Source: Candidatus Multivoradales bacterium
Lineage (GTDB): Bacteria > Acidobacteriota > Thermoanaerobaculia > Multivoradales > J023
Direction of reading: 5' to 3'
NCBI GenBank assembly: GCA_965248925.1
Contig: CBDFLE010000005.1
Span: forward strand, 32,001-96,000
Length of the DNA: 64,000 bases
Shown here piece after piece: positions 49,380-59,696 of the stretch; the stretch's first letter is position 1; each line of letters starts with the position of its first letter. Below the pieces are notes generated by a model, which saw only the letters and a program-made list of their open reading frames with translations, was not told the DNA's origin and made no database searches. The position numbers and the translations under genes were made by a program.

Positions 49380-49937
49380 ATGTCCTACCCGTCCATCTCT
49401 CGCGCCGCCCTTCGTGGGCTGGGGTTGTTACTGGTTGTCACCCTTGTCCTCCCCACCTCCGTGGTGGCGCAGGAGGCGCCGATCAAGATCGCGGTCGTCG
49501 ATCTGGAATTGGTCGTTACCCAGAGCGCCGCCGGCAGGGCATTGCAGAAAGAGCTTGAAGCGTTCTCCAATAGCGTCCAAGCCGAGGGCGAAGGCATGGC
49601 CGGCGGTCTGAGTGATCTCAGGCAGCGTTTGGCAGACGGTGCTAACTCGTTGGCTGAAGAGCGGCTGGTCCAGTTGCAGAAGGAGGTCGAGGATGCGCAG
49701 ATTGCCCTGCAACGTTTTCAGGGAGATAAAGAGCGAGAGGGGCAGAAAATTCAGGGCGAAGGCCTGCGCGAGATCGAGAAGCAGCTCAAGCCGGTCTTTG
49801 ATCAAATACGCGACGAGCAAGGCATCGATATCATTCTCAACAATGTTCCTGGCGTGGTGGTGATGGCTGGCAAGCGGGTCGACATCACCCGGCTGATCAT
49901 CGAACGTTTCGACGCCTCGTTAAGTTCCGACGGCTAG
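49380..49937 (+). CDS. skp: OmpH/Skp periplasmic chaperone
   Basis: Signal peptide; 'KIAVVD'; coiled coil; 'VDIT'; lies between bamA and lpxD. Confidence 0.88.
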   Translation: MSYPSISRAALRGLGLLLVVTLVLPTSVVAQEAPIKIAVVDLELVVTQSAAGRALQKELEAFSNSVQAEGEGMAGGLSDLRQRLADGANSLAEERLVQLQKEVEDAQIALQRFQGDKEREGQKIQGEGLREIEKQLKPVFDQIRDEQGIDIILNNVPGVVVMAGKRVDITRLIIERFDASLSSDG

Positions 49938-49951
49938 GCTGCGGGGAGAGG

Positions 49952-51034
49952 ATGAGCGCTGGCGGTAGCTTGGGGCTGCTCGAATTGGCAGCAGACCTGG
50001 GTGCTGAACTCCGGGGCGCCGCCGAGCTGCGGCTCACTGGCTTGCGCACATTGGCTGCTGCCGGCCCGGCGGATCTCTCGTTCCTGACTTCAGCTTCCTA
50101 TCGCCAAGCTGGGATGGCTTCGGCCGCCGGCGCGCTACTGATTCCAGCCAGTCTAGGAGCTTGGCAGGAGTTTGAGCGGCCGCTGTTGGTGGTCGACGAC
50201 GTCTCGCTGACCCTGGCGCGGCTGATCGAGATCTTTCATCCGCCGACTGCCGTGCGGCCAGGTATTCATCCGACCGCGGTGGTAGCCGCGGACTGTCAAG
50301 TCTCCAGCAGTGCTCAGATCGGCGCCTACGCCGTGCTGGGCGCGGGCTGCAAGGTTGGCGCGGGAGCGGTGATTTATCCCCATGTGGTGCTTGGCCAGCG
50401 CTGTCGAATCGCTGCCGAGGTGGTGATTCATCCCAGCGCGGTGCTCTATGACGGCACCGAGATTGGCGTCGGCTCGATCATCCACGCCGGGGCGGTTATC
50501 GGCGCCGACGGCTTTGGCTATGCCACCAGCGCTGGTCAGCACATCAAGATTCCCCAGGTGGGTACAGCGGTGCTCGAAGAGCAGGTCGAGATTGGCGCCA
50601 ACAGCGCCATCGATCGCGCCATGCTGGAGGAGACCCGAATAGGTGCCGGCAGCAAGATCGACAATCTGGTGCAGATCGGCCACAACGCCCGCCTCGGCAA
50701 AGGCTGTGTCCTCAGCGGTCAGGCGGGGGTGTCCGGCAGCGCGCGACTTGGCGACTACGTGGTGATGGGCGGCCAATCGGGCACCGCGGGCCATTTCGAT
50801 ATCGGTGATGGGGTGCAGATCGCGGCCAAGTCGGCAGTTTTACAAGAGGTTGCCGCCGGCAGCAAAGTGGCGGGTATTCCCGCCGTCGATCTGCGCAGCT
50901 GGCGCCGGCAAGCCCTTTCTTGGGGCAAGATCGGCGAGTTGTTACAGCGGGTAAGAGCCCTTGAGCGGCGTTTGCGCGGCGCTGAGTCCGTGGCCGAAGA
51001 AGAGTCTCGGCGATCGGCTGAACGGAATGCCTGA
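49952..51034 (+). CDS. lpxD: UDP-3-O-acylglucosamine N-acyltransferase
   Basis: Hexapeptide repeats; 'GADGFGY', 'KIDNLVQIGHN'. Confidence 0.95.
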   Translation: MSAGGSLGLLELAADLGAELRGAAELRLTGLRTLAAAGPADLSFLTSASYRQAGMASAAGALLIPASLGAWQEFERPLLVVDDVSLTLARLIEIFHPPTAVRPGIHPTAVVAADCQVSSSAQIGAYAVLGAGCKVGAGAVIYPHVVLGQRCRIAAEVVIHPSAVLYDGTEIGVGSIIHAGAVIGADGFGYATSAGQHIKIPQVGTAVLEEQVEIGANSAIDRAMLEETRIGAGSKIDNLVQIGHNARLGKGCVLSGQAGVSGSARLGDYVVMGGQSGTAGHFDIGDGVQIAAKSAVLQEVAAGSKVAGIPAVDLRSWRRQALSWGKIGELLQRVRALERRLRGAESVAEEESRRSAERNA

Positions 51035-51106
51035 GGGCTGCTGCTTGGCGGTGGCTAGCGGGCACGATATAAACAGCCTGCCGCAGCGTAACGCAGAGGA
51101 GGCATC

Positions 51107-51607
51107 TTGACCGAGACGAGTATTCCCCAAGACGGAATTCCACAGGACAGTGTTCCGCAGGACAATCTGCCCAAGGACATTGGTTGGATCATGTCTATGC
51201 TGCCGCATCGCTATCCGATGCTGCTGGTCGATCGAGTATTGGAAATTGAGCCCCGCCAGCGGATTGTCGCGATCAAGAACGTGACTATCAATGAGCAGGT
51301 CTTGCAAGGGCATTTTCCGGGCTTTCCCTTGGTGCCGGGAGTGCTGCTGATTGAGGGCATGGCGCAGGCGGCGGGTATCTTGCTGCTATGCGACAAGCCG
51401 GAGGAGGAGCGGCGGCGCAAGGTGCTGCTGTTCACCGCCATCGACCGCGCCCGCTTTCGCCGGCCGGTGGTGCCCGGCGATCAAGTGCGCTACGAGATCA
51501 AGGTCAAGCGCTTGCGCGCCAACTACAGCAAAGTCGAGGCGCGGGCGACGGTCGAGGGTCAGATAGCCGCCGAGGCTACGCTGTCTTCGACCATGATCGA
51601 CCGATGA
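51107..51607 (+). CDS. fabZ: 3-hydroxyacyl-ACP dehydratase
   Basis: 'LPHRYPMLLVDRV', 'GHFPG..VPGVLLIEGMAQ', 'FRRPVVPGD'. Confidence 0.95.
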   Translation: MTETSIPQDGIPQDSVPQDNLPKDIGWIMSMLPHRYPMLLVDRVLEIEPRQRIVAIKNVTINEQVLQGHFPGFPLVPGVLLIEGMAQAAGILLLCDKPEEERRRKVLLFTAIDRARFRRPVVPGDQVRYEIKVKRLRANYSKVEARATVEGQIAAEATLSSTMIDR

Positions 51608-51628
51608 CCGAATCTAGAGACCCGCACG

Positions 51629-52438
51629 ATGACTACAACCATCCATCCGACCGCCGTGGTCGATGCCGCTGCTGAGTTGGGAGCCGGGGTGCAGATTGGT
51701 CCCCTGGCGGTGATCGGCGCAGAGGTGAAGATCGGCGCTGGCTGCCGCATCGATGCCGGTGCCCACATCCAGGGTCCGACGACGATGGGTGAGGGCAATC
51801 ATGTCTACCCCGGAGCGATGATCGGCTTCGATCCGCAGGACTACAGCTTTGGTGGCGAGGTCACGCGCTTGGAAATCGGCCATCGCAATTGCATTCGCGA
51901 GTTGGTAACTCTCAATCGCGGTACCACCAAGGGGGGTGGCGTGACCCGCATCGGTGACGACAACTTCTTTCTCACCGGTGCGCACGTGGGCCACGATTGC
52001 AGGGTGGGAGACCGCACCCTATTCGTCAATAACGCCACCCTGGCCGGCCATGTCGAAGTCCATGACGACGCGACGATCGGTGCTTATAGCTCCGTGCATC
52101 AATTTTGCCGAGTGGGTCGCCACGCTTATATCGGCGGCTACTCGGTGGTGACTCGCGACGCCCTGCCGTTCGTTAAAACCGTGGGTACCAAGCCGGCTTG
52201 CTATGGCATCAACAAGATCGGTCTCGAGCGCAAGGGCTTCTCTGCGGAGCGAATCAAGGTGCTCGACCGTGCCTACCGCATCTTGGTGCGGGCTGGGCTG
52301 GCGACGAGTCCGGCGCTTGAGCGACTGCGCCAGGAGTTGGGTGAGCAGGACGACGTGCAACGGCTGGTGAAATTTGTCGAGGATTCCCAGCGCGGCGCAA
52401 TCCGCGAGGTGCCGCGGCGCGGCGGGCGAGGAGGCTGA
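51629..52438 (+). CDS. lpxA: Acyl-ACP--UDP-N-acetylglucosamine O-acyltransferase
   Basis: 'IHPTAVV', 'HVGHDC', 'LAGHVEV', 'VHQFCRVG'. Confidence 0.95.
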   Translation: MTTTIHPTAVVDAAAELGAGVQIGPLAVIGAEVKIGAGCRIDAGAHIQGPTTMGEGNHVYPGAMIGFDPQDYSFGGEVTRLEIGHRNCIRELVTLNRGTTKGGGVTRIGDDNFFLTGAHVGHDCRVGDRTLFVNNATLAGHVEVHDDATIGAYSSVHQFCRVGRHAYIGGYSVVTRDALPFVKTVGTKPACYGINKIGLERKGFSAERIKVLDRAYRILVRAGLATSPALERLRQELGEQDDVQRLVKFVEDSQRGAIREVPRRGGRGG

Positions 52439-52442
52439 GCTG

Positions 52443-53366
52443 ATGAGCCAGGAGCGACTGCGAGTCGGAGTTGTCGGCACCGGATCGATGGGGCGTCACC
52501 ATGTCCGCATCCTCGCCGCCATGCCCCAGGCCGACTTGGTCGGCATCTATGACCTGCGCCCAGAGGTTGCCGCCGAGCTGGCGGCCAAGCACGGCACTGA
52601 GAGTTTCTCTTCGGTCGAGCGCTTGGCTCAGCAGACCGACGCCATCGTCTTGGCGGTGCCGACTTTCGCCCACTGCCAGCTGGGCTGCAAGCTGCTGAGT
52701 AAGGGCAAACACCTGATGGTCGAGAAGCCGATGGCACCCAACCTCGCCGAGGCCGATCGATTGCTGGCCGCCGCCGGCGACCGAGTGCTGGCGGTGGGGC
52801 ATGTGGAATTCTTCAACCCGGCGGTGCAAACCCTGCTCGACCAAGCCGGAGGGTCGCGGTTTGTCGAGATGCAGCGCTTGTCGCCATTCACTCCGCGCAG
52901 TCTGGATGTCGACGTGGTGCTCGATCTGATGATTCACGATTTGCAGATCTTGCATGCCCTGGATCCCAGCCCGGTACGGGAGATTCGCTCCAGCGGTGTT
53001 GCCGTGTTGTCGCCAAGGGTAGATTTAGCTAATGCTCGCATTGAACTCGAATCGGGTTTGGTGGCGAATATCACCGCCTCGCGAGTTTCGGCCGAGCCGG
53101 TGCGCAAGCTGCGGGTTTTCCAGGATCGCCGCTACTTGTCGATCGACTATCGTCAGCAAGAGATCAAGGGTTACGGTTTGGAGGAGAGCGGTGAGGAGAA
53201 GCTGATCGTACCGCTGCCGCTCAAGGTTGAGCATCGCGAGCCCCTGGTGGGGGAACTACATGCCTTCGTCGACGCCTGTTTGGGGCGCCGCTCTCGCTAT
53301 GTCGATGGCGCTCAGGGCCGCCGCGCCCTGGCCACCGCGCTCACAGTGCTCGAGGGTCTTGGCTGA
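52443..53366 (+). CDS. Gfo/Idh/MocA oxidoreductase (GnnA-like position after lpxA)
   Basis: GTGSMG, 'VEKPM', 'VGHVEFFNP', 'DLMIHDL'. Confidence 0.88.
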   Translation: MSQERLRVGVVGTGSMGRHHVRILAAMPQADLVGIYDLRPEVAAELAAKHGTESFSSVERLAQQTDAIVLAVPTFAHCQLGCKLLSKGKHLMVEKPMAPNLAEADRLLAAAGDRVLAVGHVEFFNPAVQTLLDQAGGSRFVEMQRLSPFTPRSLDVDVVLDLMIHDLQILHALDPSPVREIRSSGVAVLSPRVDLANARIELESGLVANITASRVSAEPVRKLRVFQDRRYLSIDYRQQEIKGYGLEESGEEKLIVPLPLKVEHREPLVGELHAFVDACLGRRSRYVDGAQGRRALATALTVLEGLG

Positions 53367-53412
53367 TCCTCGCCGCGGCATTTCATTTTCCCCTGCAGGA
53401 GTTTGGCAGACC

Positions 53413-54291
53413 ATGACTGAGTCTTATCGCATTGGTGTGATCGGTGGCAGCGGGCTGTATTCCATGGCCGGGCTCGAAATTCACCAGGAACGGGTAGTTG
53501 CAACCCCTTTTGGCGAGCCTTCAGCCCCCTTCGTTTTGGGCGAACTCGACGGCCGCCGGGTGGTCTTTCTACCTCGCCATGGCCGTCACCACCAGCTAAT
53601 GCCAACGGAATTGAACTTTCGCGCCAACATTCTTGCCATGAAGCAGCTCGGTGTGGAATGGCTGCTGTCGGTCAGTGCCGTGGGCTCGATGAAGGAGCAG
53701 TACGCCCCCACCCACGTTTTGGTGCCGGATCAGTTCTACGATCGCACGCGCCACCGTGCCGACACTTTTTTCGGCGCGGGTTTGGTGGCCCATGTTTCGA
53801 TGGCCGACCCGGTGTGTTCGACCTTGGCCGACATCTTCTACCGCGCGGCGCTGGCGGCTGGCGCTACGGCTCACCAGGGCGGTACTTACTTGTGCATGGA
53901 AGGGCCGCAATTCTCGACTCGGGCGGAGTCGAATATCTATCGTTCATGGGGTGTCGACGTGATCGGCATGACCAACCTGCAAGAAGCCAAGCTGGCCCGC
54001 GAGGCCGAGATCTCCTACGCCACCCTGGCGATGATCACCGACTACGACTGCTGGCATGATGACCACGACGACGTATCCGTCGAGGCGGTTATGGCGGTGT
54101 TGCGGCGAAACGCCGAGATGGGGCAAGCGGTAGTGCGCCACGCCATCGGCCTGATCCCCGAGGGCAGCAACGACACCGCCGCCGCCAATGCGCTGCGCTA
54201 CGCCCTGATCACCGACCGCGACAGCATTCCAGCCGACACTCTGCGCAAGCTGGCACCGATTGTCGGGAAGTACCTGCCAGTGCCCGAATAG
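53413..54291 (+). CDS. mtnP: S-methyl-5'-thioadenosine phosphorylase
   Basis: 'IGGSGLY', 'LPRHGRHH', 'EGPQFSTRAES', 'GMT', 'TDYDCW'. Confidence 0.93.
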   Translation: MTESYRIGVIGGSGLYSMAGLEIHQERVVATPFGEPSAPFVLGELDGRRVVFLPRHGRHHQLMPTELNFRANILAMKQLGVEWLLSVSAVGSMKEQYAPTHVLVPDQFYDRTRHRADTFFGAGLVAHVSMADPVCSTLADIFYRAALAAGATAHQGGTYLCMEGPQFSTRAESNIYRSWGVDVIGMTNLQEAKLAREAEISYATLAMITDYDCWHDDHDDVSVEAVMAVLRRNAEMGQAVVRHAIGLIPEGSNDTAAANALRYALITDRDSIPADTLRKLAPIVGKYLPVPE

Positions 54292-54349
54292 CTGGCGAGG
54301 AAGCCTTTTTCTGTTGACGTCAAAATGACAGCGATGTAGATTTCACATC

Positions 54350-54613
54350 ATGACTCGTACGCAGATCCAGCTCCCCGACGACCTTTACTCGCGCGCCAAG
54401 CGGTTCGCATCTGAGCGAGAGGTCTCCCTGGCCGAGGTGACGCGGCGCGGCCTGGAGCTGCTGCTCGACCGGTATCCGTCGGCCGACACGGACCAAGAGG
54501 CTTGGCAGCTGCCCCGGGTGAACGCCGGCGGGCTTAAAGTCGCACTCGAGGACTTGCGCGCCTGCGCCGCGGCGGACGAGGCAGGGCGCTGGCCGAGCGG
54601 GTCAGAGGGCTGA
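54350..54613 (+). CDS. RHH-type antitoxin (VapB-like)
   Basis: 'MTRTQIQLPDDLY...SLAEVTRRGLE'; coupled to a PIN gene. Confidence 0.8.
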   Translation: MTRTQIQLPDDLYSRAKRFASEREVSLAEVTRRGLELLLDRYPSADTDQEAWQLPRVNAGGLKVALEDLRACAAADEAGRWPSGSEG

Positions 54614-55059
54614 TGACTTTGCTCTCTATCGATACCAACATCCTGTTCGCCGCCGTCGAAGAAACCAACCAGCAGCATGATCCCGCCGCTGCGTTCCTGG
54701 AGCAAAACGGCACCCGTCAGGACGTCGCTTTGTCGGAGTTGGCGCTGCTGGAGCTCTACGTCCTCTTACGCAACCCAGCCGTATTGAACCGGCCGCTGGA
54801 TGCGGCCGGGGCGGTATCGGTCTGCCAGGCGTTCCGCATCCACCCACGATGGCAGGTCCTCGGTCTGCCCGGCGACAGCCGGGTCTTTCACGACGCTTTC
54901 TGGCCGCGGCTGGCAACGACAGGCTTCGCGCGGCGACGAGCCTTCAACTGGCGATTGGCGCTGTCGCTGCTCAGCCAGGGAGTGGACGAATTCGCCACCT
55001 TCAACACCCGCGACTTCGAGGGATTCGGCTTTCGTCGGGTGTGGAACCCACTCGCTTGA
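54613..55059 (+). CDS. vapC: PIN-domain toxin (VapC-like)
   Basis: 'IDTNIL', 'ATFNTRDF', 'VWNPL'. Confidence 0.85.
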   Translation: MTLLSIDTNILFAAVEETNQQHDPAAAFLEQNGTRQDVALSELALLELYVLLRNPAVLNRPLDAAGAVSVCQAFRIHPRWQVLGLPGDSRVFHDAFWPRLATTGFARRRAFNWRLALSLLSQGVDEFATFNTRDFEGFGFRRVWNPLA

Positions 55060-55365
55060 GGTCCGCTCTGCCGGCGGGATGTGCTACGTCCAGATCACCC
55101 CGCGCGACGCCAACGCCGAAGCCACGATCCCCAAGCTTCCCGAAGTCGATAAGCAAGCTGGTCTCGTCCATGCATCGTGCATGGACCGTGTAGATGGGGC
55201 GATGTCCTGGCTGGCCGCAAGAGGGCAGGAAGGGTTCGTGATTTCCTGTCGGAGGCGCTATGCTACGGCCACTGCGACAGCCCTTGTGGACCTTGCTTGA
55301 GCGACTCGATCGGCACTGTCCGACTCCCTTCGATCTCCTCGACTTCAGAGGCTAGGATACCCGAC

Positions 55366-56142
55366 GTGCGAATTCTGATCAGCAACGACGACGGCATTTT
55401 CTCTGAGGGCATCAAAGCTCTGGCGGATGCTCTGAGCAGCCTCGGTCAGGTGATCGTGGTGGCTCCCGACCGCGAGCAATCGGCCAGCGCCCACTCGTTG
55501 ACCCTCAATCGGCCGCTGCGTATTCGTCGGGTGCGCGATCATTGGTATACCGTCGATGGGACGCCGACGGACTGCGTCAACCTGGGAGTGCAAGGGCTGC
55601 TCAAAGAGAAACCGCCGGACTTGGTGGTGTCAGGGATCAATTTTGGCGTCAATCTGGGTGACGATGTCACCTACTCGGGTACCGTTTCGGCAGCGCTCGA
55701 AGCCAACTTGCAGGGATTGCCGGCGGTGGCGTTTTCGCAGGAGGTGGCTGAGGGATTCTCATTCTCGGACGCGGCGCGAGTTGCCCACCGCTTCTTGAGC
55801 GTCCTGATGCGTGAGCCGCTGCCCCAAGACCTGCTGCTCAACGTGAACATTCCAGCCGGCCCGGCCAAGGGGGTGCGCTGGACGCGGCTGAGCCGTCGCC
55901 ACTATCGCCAAACCGTGGTGGAGAAGCTCGATCCCAAGGGTCGCAAATATTACTGGATTGCTGGCACCCCGGAGTGGGAAGAGAGCGAGGACACCGATCA
56001 GGCGGCTCTCGCTGCTGGCTGGGTGGCGGTGACGCCTCTGCACATCGATCTTACCGACTATCGCTTGCTGGAGCAGAGTGCGGATCACGAAGGCCGCTTT
56101 GCCGCGGTCGATTTTGGCGCCCAGGAGCCCGGCGGGTCGTGA
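55366..56142 (+). CDS. surE: 5'/3'-nucleotidase SurE
   Basis: 'ILISNDDG', 'GTPTDCV', 'SGINFGVNLG..YSGTV'. Confidence 0.95.
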   Translation: MRILISNDDGIFSEGIKALADALSSLGQVIVVAPDREQSASAHSLTLNRPLRIRRVRDHWYTVDGTPTDCVNLGVQGLLKEKPPDLVVSGINFGVNLGDDVTYSGTVSAALEANLQGLPAVAFSQEVAEGFSFSDAARVAHRFLSVLMREPLPQDLLLNVNIPAGPAKGVRWTRLSRRHYRQTVVEKLDPKGRKYYWIAGTPEWEESEDTDQAALAAGWVAVTPLHIDLTDYRLLEQSADHEGRFAAVDFGAQEPGGS

Positions 56143-56786
56143 AACGCCTCGACTACGAGCGCGAGCGGATGGTCAAGAACACCATCGCGGCGCGACAGGT
56201 GCGCGATCCAGCAGTGTTGGAGGCCATCCGGCGGGTGCCTCGGCATCTCTTCGTGCCCGAGAAGTTTCGCTCCCAGGCCTACGGCGACCATGCACTGCCG
56301 ATCGGCGACGAACAGACTATTTCGCAACCCTACGTGGTGGCGCGAATGACCGAATGGCTAGATCTTGATCCTGAGCACTCGGTGCTCGAAATCGGCACTG
56401 GATCGGGCTACCAAACCGCTATCCTGGGGTTGTTGGCGCGCAAAGTCTACTCCCTCGAGCGAGTCGGCAACCTGGCCCGGCGGGCGATCACTCGCATTCG
56501 CGATCTGGGTCTCGACAACGTCAAGATCCAGACCTTCGATGGCACCATCGGCTGGAGCGAAGTGGGCCCCTTCGACCGCATTCTGGTCACTGCCGCTGCC
56601 CCCCGAGCGCCTGAGCCGTTGCTGCAACAACTCAGGGAAGGCGGTCGCCTGGTGGTGCCAGAAGGGGAGCGCAGCGGCCAGCGCTTGGTGCGCTACACCT
56701 TTCATGGTGATGAGTATGAGCGCGAGGTCGGTGAAGCAGTGGCGTTCGTGCCGCTGATCGGCCGTCACGGCTGGGCTGAGGGCTGA
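56139..56786 (+). CDS. pcm: Protein-L-isoaspartate O-methyltransferase
   Basis: 'VPRHLFVP', 'QTISQPY', 'LEIGTGSGYQ', 'FVPLIG'. Confidence 0.95.
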   Translation: MKRLDYERERMVKNTIAARQVRDPAVLEAIRRVPRHLFVPEKFRSQAYGDHALPIGDEQTISQPYVVARMTEWLDLDPEHSVLEIGTGSGYQTAILGLLARKVYSLERVGNLARRAITRIRDLGLDNVKIQTFDGTIGWSEVGPFDRILVTAAAPRAPEPLLQQLREGGRLVVPEGERSGQRLVRYTFHGDEYEREVGEAVAFVPLIGRHGWAEG

Positions 56787-56851
56787 GGCCTAGTGCGATA
56801 CCTGACTCCCAATTCGGCTAGACCCTGGAATAGTGTAGAGAGGCGATCGAG

Positions 56852-57472
56852 ATGCTAGAGAGAGTTCGTGGCTTTTTGCACCAGATGCTCGATTGGGTCG
56901 AGGGATGGGCGCACCACCCGCAGGCCGAATGGGCGCTATTCACGATCGCCTTTGCCGAGTCGAGTTTCTTCCCGATTCCACCCGACGTGCTGCTGATCGC
57001 CTTGTGCTTGGGGGATCCGGGCAGGTCGCTGACCTTTGCTCTGATTTGCGCCGTGGGCTCGGTGTTAGGCGGCATGTTGGGATATGGCATCGGCTTCTAC
57101 GGCGGCCGTCCGATCGTCCAGCGGTTTTTTGCCGAGAACAAAGTGCGGACGGTCGAGCGCCTCTATGGGCGCTACAACGCCTGGGCTACTGGTATTGCTG
57201 GTTTGACTCCATTGCCGTACAAGATATTCACCATTACAGGCGGTGCTTTTGCGGTGTCGTTCAAGATTTTCGTCGTCGCTTCGATCTTGTCGAGGAGCCT
57301 GCGGTTCTTCGCCGTGGCTGGTTTGATCTACTACTTTGGCGAGCCGGTCAGAGCGTTCATCGATCGCCACCTCGGCTGGCTGACCATCGTCTTCGTGATC
57401 GTTTTGGCGGCAAGCTATTGGCTAGTAGGTCGCGGCTTTGGCCGTGCTGGCGAAGCTGAGGTCGACGGCTAA
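56852..57472 (+). CDS. YqaA/DedA (VTT) family membrane protein
   Basis: 'FAESSFFPIPPD', 'TPLPYK'. Confidence 0.88.
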   Translation: MLERVRGFLHQMLDWVEGWAHHPQAEWALFTIAFAESSFFPIPPDVLLIALCLGDPGRSLTFALICAVGSVLGGMLGYGIGFYGGRPIVQRFFAENKVRTVERLYGRYNAWATGIAGLTPLPYKIFTITGGAFAVSFKIFVVASILSRSLRFFAVAGLIYYFGEPVRAFIDRHLGWLTIVFVIVLAASYWLVGRGFGRAGEAEVDG

Positions 57473-57481
57473 TTATACTGA

Positions 57482-58018
57482 GTGAGCATTCTGGAGGCTA
57501 AAGTGGACGATTTGAAACGCTACATTCGCGAAGTGCCCGATTTCCCCAAGCCGGGGATCAACTTCTACGACATCACCACTCTGCTGCGGCACCCGCTGGC
57601 TTTTCGCACCGCGCTCGACCGCTTCGTCGATCTCTACGCCGAGCTGCCAGTGGATAAGGTGGTGGGAATCGAGTCGCGGGGATTTCTCTTCGGTCCACAC
57701 TTGGCCTACCGCCTAGGGGGTGGCTTCGTGCCGGTGCGCAAGCCTGGTAAGCTACCGGCCGAGACTCACGTCGAGTCGTTCGAACTCGAGTACGGAAGCG
57801 ACCAGCTGCACATGCATCGCGATGCGATCGAGCCCGGCGAGCGGGTGCTGATCATCGACGATGTTATCGCCACCGGGGGGACTGCCGCGGCTAGCGCCAG
57901 GTTGGTGGAAGCTGGTGGCGGGGAGGTGGTAGGTCTCGGTTTCTTGATCGAGCTTGTCTTCCTCGACGGCCGCTCGCGACTGGGTGATTGGCCGGTCAAG
58001 GCTCTTTTGACCTATTAG
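57482..58018 (+). CDS. apt: Adenine phosphoribosyltransferase
   Basis: 'PDFPKPGINFYDIT', 'GIESRGF', 'RKPGKLP', 'IIDDVIATGGT'. Confidence 0.96.
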   Translation: MSILEAKVDDLKRYIREVPDFPKPGINFYDITTLLRHPLAFRTALDRFVDLYAELPVDKVVGIESRGFLFGPHLAYRLGGGFVPVRKPGKLPAETHVESFELEYGSDQLHMHRDAIEPGERVLIIDDVIATGGTAAASARLVEAGGGEVVGLGFLIELVFLDGRSRLGDWPVKALLTY

Positions 58019-58299
58019 ATGGCGCGACATTGGAATGCGATTTAGCCATAAAGAAAATGTGTAGAACGCCCCCTTGAATATAAATCGTGGATTCAATTTA
58101 TCCCTTTTCTGCCCATGGAATACTGCGCTTTAAGCTGCTAGGCTTTCCCCTAATCGTGGATCAGGAAAAGTAGGATTCCGCGCCTTGGGCAAGGAATACC
58201 TATAGGGATCCTGTTCCAAAACTGTCCGCAAATGATCTCGAGCTAGATCAATTTGGGTCGCTGAGACTCGTGGTTGGTCATGGCCTGGAGTGTTTAGGG

Positions 58300-59601
58300 A
58301 TGAGTGTTCAGAGAGAGAGAGAGTTTTCCTCCGCGGACAGCGACTCAGTGCTTGAACCTGGGATTCAGGCCGTGGATGTCCTGATTGTGGACGACGAAGT
58401 TGCCTTGCTGGATTCGCTAACCAGGGCACTCGACTCCAGGCTTCCGCAGCTGACCTTCGCTGCCGCGGAGGACTACGATCAGGCAGAGCGGCTGATTGCC
58501 GAGCACCCTCCGAGGTTGGTGATTTGCGATGTCCGCCTGCCGGGCAGGAGCGGCGTCGAACTCTTTCTCTCAGCCCAAGAGAGATGGCCGCAGGTGCGAT
58601 TCATCCTGATGAGTGGATATTCAATGTCAGCTTCCGATCTCGGGGTCAATGGAGATAGGGCTTATGAGTTCATCGAGAAACCCTTCAAGATCGATGATCT
58701 GGCACTGCGGATAGAAAAGGCCTTGCCGCGGGAGGAATTCTCTGGACAAATTTTCGGTATCTCATTGACCGATCTGCTGCAGCTGATGAGTTTCGGCCGT
58801 AACAGCGCTACGGTAGAGCTGAGCCACCTGGGCCAGAGCGGTCAGATTTTCTTTTCTAATGGCGAGGTCTTTCATGCCGAGGTGGGTGACCTGGAAGGGA
58901 TCGCCGCCTTCAATCGCCTGGTGAGTTGGCGAGACGGCAGCTTCAAGGTCGTGCGTAGTCTATTAACGCCAACGAGAACGATCGATGGTTCGTTCACGGG
59001 TCTGATGATGACCGCCATGCAGGAGTTCGACGAGGCGCGGCGGCAAATTGGTGAGGAATGCGAGGATGCTGGTCTGGAGCAATTGGCTGATACATCCGCG
59101 GGGCCGCCGGCCAGCCCATTTGAGCCCAGTGCCCGGTCGGTGGCCAAGACGGATGCGGAGCAGGCACGAGACTCCCGAGTCGCCTTCGACCATGTATTGC
59201 GAGAAATCCTTGAAGCAGTTCCGGGCGGAATCGCTGCTACAGTAATTGACCTCGAGGAAGGAAGAATCTTGGCTAACCAAGGATCAACGGTGCCCTCCGA
59301 ACCATTGCTGGAATTCATGCTAGCCGCCCTGAGACAAGTTTATGACCCCGCTGCCTCAGCGGCAGGCCATGGAGCTCTGATCCAAAATTTAAGCTTCTCG
59401 ACTTCTTATCTGCATCATTTTTTTACCAGGATAGAACAACAGCAAGTCGTTCTGTGTTTGGTGGTTCGGAAGCCGGTCATCGTTGGTACGGGTTTCGCTG
59501 CGCTCCGGGCGGCATTGCCAGGGGTCGGAGCGCTGATCGGCGAACGATCCGGCGAACCAGGCCGCCAGTCGGCAAGATACGAAACTATGCCTACCCCTTG
59601 A
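58300..59601 (+). CDS. Response regulator: REC + DUF4388 (PatA-N-like) + roadblock-like C-terminus
   Basis: 'LIVDDE', 'CDVRLPGRSG', 'EKPF'; 'FSGQI..ISLTDLLQL...GQIFFSNGEVFHA'; 'VPGGIAATVIDLEEG'. Confidence 0.8.
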   Translation: MSVQREREFSSADSDSVLEPGIQAVDVLIVDDEVALLDSLTRALDSRLPQLTFAAAEDYDQAERLIAEHPPRLVICDVRLPGRSGVELFLSAQERWPQVRFILMSGYSMSASDLGVNGDRAYEFIEKPFKIDDLALRIEKALPREEFSGQIFGISLTDLLQLMSFGRNSATVELSHLGQSGQIFFSNGEVFHAEVGDLEGIAAFNRLVSWRDGSFKVVRSLLTPTRTIDGSFTGLMMTAMQEFDEARRQIGEECEDAGLEQLADTSAGPPASPFEPSARSVAKTDAEQARDSRVAFDHVLREILEAVPGGIAATVIDLEEGRILANQGSTVPSEPLLEFMLAALRQVYDPAASAAGHGALIQNLSFSTSYLHHFFTRIEQQQVVLCLVVRKPVIVGTGFAALRAALPGVGALIGERSGEPGRQSARYETMPTP

Positions 59602-59696
59602 TCAGCGGACTAGATTCGGACACAATCGAATCCACGAGAGGACTGGGCAGAGTCCGCTAGTGACTCTGTCATTTGACATTCACACGGGAGGAACTC

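Noticed and set aside
55060-55365. Short ORFs between vapC and surE and an extended SurE N-terminus
   Set aside because: No consistent frame or motif; SurE homology begins at GTG 55366.
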